Shown: positions 53,726 through 64,000 of the stretch, piece by piece
How positions within the stretch are numbered: position 1 is the first letter of the stretch
Layout of the letters: each line of letters opens with the position of its first letter
NCBI RefSeq assembly: GCF_006345805.1
Contig: NW_021833749.1
Location: 8,473-72,472 of the forward strand
Direction of reading: 5' to 3'
Length of the DNA stretch: 64,000 nt
From: Octopus sinensis
Lineage: Eukaryota
The notes under the pieces: model-generated
Told to the model about the DNA's origin: nothing
The model's input: the letters and a program-made list of their open reading frames with translations, nothing else
The model's database searches: none
Made by a program: the position numbers and the translations under genes

Positions 53726-54007
53726 TATATACATACATACATACATACATACATACATACATACATACATACATACATACATACATACGTGTGTGTGTGT
53801 CCATCATCGCTTGACAACCGATGTCGGTGTGTTTAAGTCCCCGTCAATTAGCAGTTCGGCAAAAGAGACCGACAGAATAAGTTCCCGGGTTACAAAGAAT
53901 AAGCCTTGCGGTCGATTTGTTCGACTAAGGTGGTGGTCAAGCATGGCCGTAGTCAAAATGGCTGAAATAAATAAAAGAATATGTGTATATATATATATGT
54001 ATGTATG

Positions 54008-54057
<50 letters not shown>

Positions 54058-54059
<2 letters not shown>

Positions 54060-54353
54060 AATAATTATAAAGAGGTAAAATTAATTAATTAATCAATTAA
54101 TTAATTAATAATTAATAATTTTACCAAGTAGTTCGGTATGTTAAAATAACCTTCTTAGGTAAAATTATACAAATATCTATAATTATAAACATAATTATAA
54201 TCAGGGGTCAGCTAATTATGTTTATAATTATAGAATATTTGTATAATTTTACCTAAGAAGGTTATTTTAACATACCGAACTACTTGGTAAAATTATTAAT
54301 TATTAATATATTAATTGATTAATTAATTAATTTAACCCCTTTATAATTATTGA
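54058..54353. repeat. Long palindrome (about 140-bp arms, 15-nt spacer) flanked by (TA)n
   Basis: Arms 54058-54197 and 54213-54353 differ at about 5 positions. Confidence 0.92.
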
Positions 54354-54398
54354 TATATATATTATATATATACATACATATATATGTGAGTATATATA

Positions 54399-54459
<61 letters not shown>

Positions 54460-56319
54460 TACATACATATATACATATTACATTTACAGATAAATTCCTC
54501 TATTTACATAATATCGAGGTCTCTTTCTTTCTTTTGTTATCTTACCGTTTTTATCAATATATATATATATATATAAATTTATGGTAAGGACACCCTATTT
54601 CGTTTTGTAACCATAATATACAAGCAAGTATAATATAAGATTATGAGTGAATATTGTCTTATTTTCGTATTAGCAATGCAATATAATCACTTTTAATTTT
54701 CGCTCTACAGATATCCTATATAATTTAGAGCCAGCATTTATTCACCATTACACATGTTTCATGTGGTAATAGGAAATACAAAGTTTTACATGTAAGGAAT
54801 TTTCTTTTGGAAATTCAGGAATTGTTACATACTTTGTTATACAATAAACTCTGCAAGCCATATTTTCAATTCCAATATGTACCTTCCATCAATACAAGAA
54901 CGACAGCATCTATATGTTGGATTGTAATACTGGAATATATAGATTTACTTCAAGAGTGGTAGGGGCACAACCTGGATTTTACCCTGGCTCTACATCACTT
55001 CTTTATGTCTTATTTCTTAACTTGCAAACAATTTATCCAATCAAGTAATCGATTACTTAATTGTTTGGTCAACCAATAAATCAATGAAGTAAGTTTGTCA
55101 ATGTCTTTTCGTCGCCAGTCGTAACCTCATCAATAATAACATGTCTTCTCTAATCCAGGCCTGCTTCAGGTCTGTCTATCAGATATACTGATAAGTTTTG
55201 CGAAATCTCACCGTTCTGTAAAAATCGGTTTTTATCAAATAGAAAAAGAACTGTTTCACTCTACATATGCCTTGAATAAAGTACTTTTCCTTTGGGTAAT
55301 GGTGTGTGTATCTTTATAGAAATTCTGGGATAGCGACTGTAGTAATGTCTTAGATTTGGTTTATTGGAGTTTTACATAGCCAGATGTTTCAACTCTCGTC
55401 TCTGCGAAAATGTCAGTCGTATGCCAGAAAAACAGAATTATTAAACACTAACGTTTTGCTAAGTGAGCTTTCTACATAAAGGTAGGATACAATTAGGGAG
55501 GTGAATATAACTGACAAACGTAAACATGTAACTAAGTGGAATAAATAAAGTTTGAAAAGACGCTCAGCTTCTGGCTTTGTGAGTAAATTTGGCAGACGAA
55601 AACTGTGTGGAAGCCTGCCATATATCTGTCCGCGCGTATGCGTTCTTGTATCTATGTATGTGTATGTTTATAGATACATGTGTGTGTGTATTTTTGTTTT
55701 TGTGTGTATCTCTCCACTACCGCTCGACAATCGGTACTGGTTTGTTTACGTTCCCATAGCCTAGGGGCTCGGCAAAATATACCGATAAAATAAGCACCAG
55801 ACTTAAAGATAAGTACTGCGTCTATTAGTTCGGTTAAACTCACCAAGATGTTGCTCCAGTATGGCCACGGTCTAACAATTGAAACCAGTGACGATAAAAA
55901 TTAATCACTGAAAGTTGTGCAGGAGGCGACTCAACGTGGTACCTCGACTTGGTAGGATCACCGGCCACTTCTTGCTCAAATCACATTCTGTTGTCTTAAA
56001 AAGAACCTGTACATTAGATCATGTAATCCTAGATATACTATGACTGGTTCAAAGAAAACGATTGGGTGAATGATAGACCAAATTACTATTAACGTGTGGG
56101 GTATTTGATTAACGTTGACCTGAGGCTATGCAACAACAACGAAAACATCCAGGAATTGGTTATGGAAGTTGTGTAGATATTAAGGGAAGGCGCATGGCTC
56201 AGTATATTCGGCACATGATCCTAAGGTCGTGAGCACGACTCCCGGCAGCGCGTCGGGTCCTTGAGCAATACACTATTTCACGGAGCTCCACTTGACTCAG
56301 TTGGCAAAAATGAGATGTA

Positions 56320-56555
56320 CATTAATCCCTCGCCATATTGTGGTTCACCTATCGCGGTTCACTTATCGCGGTTTATTATTTAAGCTTACGTCGATTCCTC
56401 TGTGGTGTTGTTTTGCAGTTATAATAAAATAAATATATACAAATTATAAAAATGATAATAAAAAAATATAAAATACAGTAATATTTCTACTTCGCGGATT
56501 TTCACCTATCGCAGGGTGGGGAGACGTAACATCCGCGATAGTCGAGGGACTACTA
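56320..56555. mobile_element. Tigger/pogo-like MITE nested in a family C SINE
   Basis: Imperfect TIRs CATTAATCCCTCGCCATA.. and ..ATAGTCGAGGGACTACTA, TA on both sides, SINE sequence resumes afterwards. Confidence 0.7.
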
Positions 56556-57274
56556 TACATATATTTCAAAGTAGCATCCTTGTCGCATTCTGTGCTACGC
56601 TGAATCTCCCTGAGAACAATGTTAAGGGTGTGCGTGTCTCAGAAATACTCAGCCACTTGCACATTAATTTCACGAGTAAGCTGTTCCGTTGATCGGATTA
56701 ACTGGACAAACGTCGTCGTAATCGACAGAGTGTCTGTTGGTATTAAGGGTTTATAAACCGTGAAGAAATAAGTTATTGCCTTTGACAAACACATTCCTGA
56801 TTTAAGGTTGGTGGTTATGATGTCAAGAAAATCTGTAACGAATAACAGGTGCAGAAGGTGGGGCTACAGGTTGAGATATTCCTCAGGTATGTCGATTCAA
56901 AACAGTTGGTGGCCGCGGGACTACGTTGTTACTTGCTAAACCGCTCACTATGGTAACAAGATAAGCTCCTTGTAGAGTCACTCGACCGGTAGGAAATAGC
57001 TGCTAAATCTCCCGCAAATCCCACCATCTCACTGTCCTACAGGAAACAAACGACGAATGCAATGTTAGATGACATGCGGAAAATAAACAAACATTGTTGT
57101 GTGGTTGAGTAGTTCGTTTTGCAACCTTGTCGTTTCGGTTTCAATCCCATCGCTCTGCAGCTTGAGCAAGTATCTTATGTGTAGCACCGAGGTGACCAGT
57201 GCCTTGTTAGAGAGTTTTGTAAGCAGAAACCATGAGGAAGCCCGTCGTATATATATATATACATATATATATAT

Positions 57275-57356
<82 letters not shown>

Positions 57357-58749
57357 TAAAAATGGGGAACACCGGCTTATGAGATTTACGCTTAGGTTTC
57401 ACGTCCATAAAGGGTTTAGCCTTATGGCTTATCGTCAGACCCCTTTATGGACGTGAAACCTAAGCTAATCCAATAAACCGGCCATCTCCGGATATATGTT
57501 TTCTACAAATGATGTGTGTGTGTGTGCGCGCGCAGGTTTTTGTGTTTGTTCCACACACTACTTGACATCCGGTGTTGATTTGTTGACGTCCCCATACTTT
57601 AATTGCACAGCATAAAAGACCGATAGAATAAGAAACAGACTTTAAGAAAAAAAAAAAAGTACTAAACACCCTAAAAGGCAGTGCCCCAGCATGGCCGGAG
57701 TCCATAACTAAAACAAGAACAAAATGTAAGATAAAACATAAGACAAAGGACGGGATTGTCACAATTGGAATGTCTTTGATCCTAGATTTACTGGATCCGG
57801 GTAAGTGCTGACCTGGGACTATACAACGACAACGACAGCAACAACAATAACAATACTAATTCAGGTGATATCAGTGAATCAACAGGTAAATTTGTGGTAT
57901 CTGTTGATAATCCAATTGTGACTGGCACGGGGTCCATTGTTTCACGAACATCGCCATGTTTGCTCACCAGGGGACCGTGTTTGTTTTAAAATAGTCCACA
58001 ATAATCTGTGGGATTTCCCTGGATCTTGTCACCACTTGATACGGTCGATAGCAGTCGGCTTTATCAAAACACCTGCATATACACTCATTCAACCACACAC
58101 ACACACACGCACACACACACACACACACCACACACACACACACATACATACGCATGCACGCACGTACAGGTACAAACACTCGTAACAATACACTTACACT
58201 ATCATACAACCACGCACACACAACTATACAAATGTGCACACGCACACACATGCACACACACACACATATATATATATATGCGCACATACATACACACACA
58301 CACACCACACACATAATGCTACACACAAAATCACGTAACTATACACACACGCAATCATACAACCACACACACACAACTATACAGATGTGCACACACATAT
58401 ATAGATGCACATACACACGCACAAACAGACATTCGCACACACGTACGCGTACAGCTACACACAAACACACGTTACTATACACACACGCTATCATTCAACC
58501 ACACACACAACTATACAGATGTGCACACATATATATATAGACGTACATACACACACACACACACACCAATACACACACACTTAAAAATATGCATACATAA
58601 TTATATACACAAATACATCTAAACACACAGACACGGCCACACGCGCAACCACATACTCATAACTATACGCAAATACATTTAAACACACGTACACCTAGAT
58701 ACATATAGGCACACACAAGCTCAAAAATAAGCACAGATGAGTCATAGGT

Positions 58750-58804
<55 letters not shown>

Positions 58805-59126
58805 AAAGCGCGTGGCCTGGTGTATAGGGTCTCGTATTCACAATTACCAGATCGTGGTTTCGATACTCACCAGTTCGGCGGTACGTTGTGTTCTTGGACA
58901 AAAACACTTCATTTCACGTTGTTTAACAGTCCACTCGACTGTGAATCGGTACACCCTGCAGCGGATTGGTGCACAAGGGCGGGATGGGAACACAGGAGAA
59001 TCACCCGAATGGTCGACTCGCGAGTCCCGTTTTTGTGTCCAGCGATCGAAAGGATGAATAGTACAGCCAGTGAGTCCCGATTGTTTGCGATTGGTTGTTC
59101 AGTCACGTCGAATGATGATGATAATA

Positions 59127-59186
<60 letters not shown>

Positions 59187-59891
59187 GTGATGATACTCGC
59201 ATAATTCACAACTTTGTTCAAAAGAAAAATTTTAGTTGCAAGGTTTTAGTTGTTTATTAAGGCAGAGGTTTGGAATTCGACTAAATTCGCTAGACTAACC
59301 ACATAGTAGTTGTTTATTGGGATGGAGGCCTGAATAGGACCAGGTGCTGTTTTGACAGAAACTGACTCACACGTGATCTCTCTAACGATCACAGCTTAAA
59401 AAGGAGATAATCTGTTCTCCATAATTCTATGCCAGATTAAAATTAAGGAATCAAAAGGAAACAGAGCATTAGAATTCACGTCTCTTTACTCAGTACGAAG
59501 TTCTTTAACATTTCGTCGTTGGTAATCATGTACAGCACTATTTCATTCCTTTTAGAAATCATCAGTATGACATAAAAAGTGGATTATTAATTAAACATTT
59601 TATGAAGTGAAACATTTCATTAAAAATGGAAATATTACAGTCTGAAAGGTCATTCATCTACAGTTATAAGCAGTAAATTGGCAGATCGTTAGCGCAAACA
59701 TATTCTGTGTGGATTATTTCCGGTAACCTACATTTGCAGTTCAAATCACATCAAGGTTCATTTTCATCGTTCGGGGTCTATAAATTAAAAACAACGATCC
59801 AGAAAGATGGAGAGGCGGAATTGGTAGAGGGACCAGCGTGATGCTTTGCAATTCTTTGTTCCGGTTTTTTCATCTTGAGTTTTTGCGAGAT

Positions 59892-60101
59892 AGATTTACT
59901 TCATCATTCGATTTAACATCACCATCTAATTATAGATTTACTTCATCATTCGATTTAACATCACCATCTAATTATAGATTTACTTCATCATTCGATTTAA
60001 CATCACCATCTAATTATAGATTTACTTCATCATTCGATTTAACATCACCATCTAATTATAGATTTACTTCATCATTCGATTTAACATCACCATCTAATTA
60101 T
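59892..60101. repeat. 42-bp minisatellite, 5 identical copies
   Basis: Unit AGATTTACTTCATCATTCGATTTAACATCACCATCTAATTAT. Confidence 0.97.
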
Positions 60102-60779
60102 TGGGTGTTTTAAGCAGAGTCCGCCAGTCTCCAGTTTAAGAATACTTCCTTTCTTCCTTCCACCTGTCTCCGAGGACCTGAAAACATAAAAGACTCGTGG
60201 TTGCCGCTCTTCTGTCTCTGGTTAAACGGCATAAACATATGGCGGAGTAAACTTGAAGTCTGGAGCTTCCTTGTGTTGCTGGTGGGGATCAGATGGAACC
60301 CGTTAGAACACATTATAAGGGATGAAACACAACTGAGGTTTACAGATCAAACACATTTAGAGGTTTAGCTGATATGGAGAGCAAGAACAGCATTACAATT
60401 GTAGAGATCCTCATGATCGAGAGACCACGGTGACGTAAACTAAAATAGCCACATTGATGGTCACAGACTAACAATATGGCTATCGTAATGAAATCAAATC
60501 TAAGTGACTAAGACGTTGGTTCTTTATGACAACTACTTTTAAAACGTCTGAATAAAAGGCGATGGGTAACAATATGATAAAGCAGAAATAATGAAATGAA
60601 TATGATAATATTACTAATCTTAATATTACTAATCATAATATTACTAATCTTAGACAGACATACCAGATGCAATGGTCAGGTAGAGTCAAAAAGGACGAAG
60701 AAAGAAGCAGCGTTCATTTCACAATATCATGTACGCGTATTTTTTAGGTGAAGCAGAACTTTTCCGTGTGACGATTAAT

Positions 60780-61110
60780 GTTGATACAATGGAGTGGTTA
60801 ACTAGTATTACCGTACATATTTTATTGACAGTAAGCAGGCACATATATGCTGTCGGACGAGTCTGTCTGAGGTGCATGCAGAGCGACGAAACAGTTCTGC
60901 ACTCGTTCTTTCAATGTCTAGCCATTTCAGACATGCAAAATTATGTCAAACAGCTTATTATCACTCGTAGTACAGATCAGGTTATCGGCCAGCTCCATCG
61001 AGTTTAACCGAGAAGGGCAGGCAAGGTTTCCTCCGTCTAATGGCTATGGCGGCGGAAGAGATTGTGTAATGGACGAGGCTGGAACGATTGAAGACAGATC
61101 TTTTTTTTTT
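60780..61110 (+). mobile_element. Tx1/L1-type LINE remnant with zinc-knuckle region
   Basis: VCLRCMQSDETVLHSFFQC (CxxC...H...C), followed by a frameshifted FLRLMAMA...WTRL segment. Confidence 0.7.
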
Positions 61111-61179
61111 TTTGGTCAAACTGTCAACAACGTTTACAACTTCTACTTTGAAAGGAAACATCGAAGAATTCCATTTCGA

Positions 61180-61535
61180 ACACATCCTTTACGATAACCG
61201 GCAATGCTCAGCTCAGTGGTTGGACGCCAACGAAGCTCCACGGCACTTCTTGAGGCCAAAGTTGCACCAAAAGAAGATCATGATAACTGTTTGGTGGTCT
61301 GCGGCTGGTCTCGTCCATCACAGCTTTTTGGATCCAGGTAAAACCATTACAGCGGAGAAGTACTGTCAGCAAATGGATGAAATGCATAAGAAACTCCAAC
61401 AACAACAGCCAACATTTGTCAATAAAAAAGGACCAATTCTTCTCCACGACAACTTTCGGCCGCACGTCGCACAACTGACCTTGCAGAAGTTGAACGAATT
61501 GGGCTACGAAACTTTGCCTCATCCGCCATACTCAC
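61180..61535 (+). pseudogene. Mariner transposase fragment (Hsmar1/SETMAR-like catalytic region)
   Basis: ILYDNR..SAQWLD..EAP.HF..PKLHQKKIMITVWWSAAG...ILLHDNFRPHV...LGYETLPHPPYS. Confidence 0.88.
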
Positions 61536-61818
61536 TAGAGAGAGGGGGAAGAGCGAGAGAGAAAGTTGTTCTCCTCCAGAGAGTTTAATAAAAGGTGGGT
61601 GACAGAGGTAAAAACGGTCAGAGTGAATGCATACATTGTCAGGATGTGCCTGTAGGTCAATGAATAATGACTGGATGAGGACAGAGTGACCAGAGATCTA
61701 TGAGGTTCCTCAATTAGCTCTAGTATCAGGTTTATATCATCCCTTCTTGTTGACTATAGATACTTTTATTTCGCTTTTTTTAGTTCGTTTTGCTTTCCCG
61801 CTTTCTGTATAAACCCAC

Positions 61819-61874
<56 letters not shown>

Positions 61875-62304
61875 TCACACAGACACACACACACACACGC
61901 ACACAATCTCACACACATATACACACACACACATGCACACACGCACACACGCACACACACACACATTGGGTAATCTTTGTAATGTTCTCATAATTCGGCG
62001 CCGCCGGGTTAATCTGGTCTCTCTAACTCCTGATATCTGCATCGGATGAGTGAAATAAATGCAGAAATTAACGTCTAGAATACTTTAATAATAATTTTAC
62101 TGAAGACCAAACAGAGTCACTAACAATACCTGGCGGCTGTATCTTCTGTTGGATGTACACAGCGCGCTTATCTGCCGGAACTGACAGCAAGAGTAGAATC
62201 AATTACAGAAAGAGAACAGAATATAGGAAAGATGTGAAGAATGAATGAAGATAGAGAGAGATGGGAGGGAGGGAAGAAGAGAGAGTAGAATTGCGTGAGA
62301 GAAA

Positions 62305-62390
62305 GAGAGAGAACGAGAGCAAGAGAGAACGAGAGCAAGAGAGAACGAGAGCAAGAGAGAACGAGAGCAAGAGAGAACGAGAGCAAGAGA
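62305..62390. repeat. 16-bp tandem repeat GAGAGAACGAGAGCAA, about 5 copies
   Basis: Visible directly in the sequence. Confidence 0.9.
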
Positions 62391-62893
62391 GAGAGAGAGC
62401 GTATGAATTGTAAAAAAAGTTAAATAAAAATGGAACACCTACATTAAAATTAAAGAGAGAGGGGAACAATGGAGAAGCAGGACAGAAGAATCGAGGGAAA
62501 GAAACAAGAACGAGGATTAGAATATTGTGAGAGGAGCGGAGAAGAAATTTCCAAAATGTGTGTGTGATAAGAAGATAAATAAACCTGTTTTATTCTCCTC
62601 ACGTATACATACTTACAAACACACACATACGCTCATATATGTATGAATATAGTTAAATAAGAAACCTTGTAGAATGCCATGCAAAGCTCGTCCACAGTAA
62701 CTGGCTATCTGTTATCATCGTAAAGCGGAAATGCTCTTGCTAATGGACATACACCAAGAATTCCACTGTATCTATAAAGTGTGTATATATATATATATAT
62801 ACACACTTTATAGATACAGTGGAATTGTCTTTTTATCTTATATTAAACTTTTTATACTTTTTGACATTAATATATATTTTAATAAAATAAATA

Positions 62894-62987
<94 letters not shown>

Positions 62988-63199
62988 TTATAAATATAAT
63001 TAATAATTTTTTAATTTTTAAGTTTAAATTTAAATATTTAAATTTTGAATTTTATATTTTATATATTTTGTATTTTATATGAATTAATTTATTCTATGTT
63101 TTGGTTTATGTTTTTCACTGTTTGATTTGCCTAATAGTGGTTTATCTGTAATTTAATTTATATATATATATTATTATGTATATATATATATATATAATT

Positions 63200-63244
<45 letters not shown>

Positions 63245-63714
63245 ATATATATATATATACATATATATATGAAGAGGTATTGGTGTCCAGAAGACCTAAG
63301 TAGTACTATGAGTACTATGGAAGGACTGTAGTTGAACTCTCGATTCGATTATGATACGAATGAGGAGTCTAATATGGGTCTTGTATTAGCTTGTATTATC
63401 AAATGAAATGAGACAACAAAGCCAAGGGTGTGTGGAGTTTTCAGGACATTTATAAAGGAAAAGCTAGTCTTACAAGTGTTTCTGGGATGTTAGAAATATC
63501 CCTTTATCAGAGACGATGTGAAATGGTTAAGCAGAGGGAAATATTAGAGTTCAGTATAAGGAGTTATTTTGGAAAAGGATGGAGATAAGTAGTATATAGG
63601 GATATAAGAGAATAAAAGTAAAAATATAAATATATGTAGGATGTTATAGTTGGAGTTCCATATATATATGTATGTATATATATATATGTATGTGTATATA
63701 TATATATAGATATA

Positions 63715-63792
<78 letters not shown>

Positions 63793-63880
63793 GTTGTAAT
63801 CATCCAAAAAAAAACGAAGAACAAAAAGAAAAAACAACAACGTGAGGACGTGGTACATGTAATGGAAGGAAGAGAGATGG

Positions 63881-63912
63881 GTTTACGTTTCGAGCAAAGC
63901 TCTCTTCAGAAC
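63881..63912 (-). ncRNA. Minimal type-I hammerhead ribozyme with canonical core
   Basis: gtt CTGAAGA gagc ttt gctc GAA ACGT A aac. 3-bp stem I, 4-bp stem II, ACGT palindrome, GUA triplet. Confidence 0.7.
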
Positions 63913-64000
63913 AGAAACAGAGGAATACCAAAAGAAAGGAACATGGAGTATAAAAAAAAATCACCAACGATTCACGAAGTTACATTTGAAATGAGTGAGA

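Noticed and set aside
59892-60101. CRISPR-like array (also considered for 19129-19230 and 27965-28123)
   Set aside because: Units are contiguous or homologous throughout, with no unique spacers and no cas genes, and the context is eukaryotic.
60100-60180. Minus-strand acceptor TTTTATGTTTTCAG leading into the 42-bp array
   Set aside because: All three minus frames hit stops before or within the first unit.

Overview
This is AT-rich, microsatellite-dense eukaryotic DNA in which I recognise no host protein-coding exon; it reads as intergenic or deep intronic. The SINE, LINE and microsatellite content matches what I recall from octopus (coleoid cephalopod) genomes; that assignment is from recognition, not a search. 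Content: four tRNA-headed SINE families in about 40 copies, a near-full-length decayed R4/Dong LINE in a (TAA)n tract, several more R4/Dong pieces, a young 5'-truncated CR1/L2-group LINE, four Tx1/L1 3' remnants, RTE remnants, two mariner remnants, a Tc1-type deletion derivative, MITEs, a Helentron-like element and Penelope-like (PLE) remnants. The most notable structure is seven minimal type-I hammerhead ribozyme folds. One sits in the tail of a tRNA-headed SINE-like element that also carries an inverted copy of its own tail. Three share a non-canonical CUGU core. Other points of interest are (TA)n-flanked palindromic elements, an unequal-crossover triplication of an R4 3' end, and a SINE flanked by a 77-78 bp direct duplication. 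Most long ORFs in the supplied track are microsatellite artefacts. Coordinates were counted by hand, and element ends are approximate.
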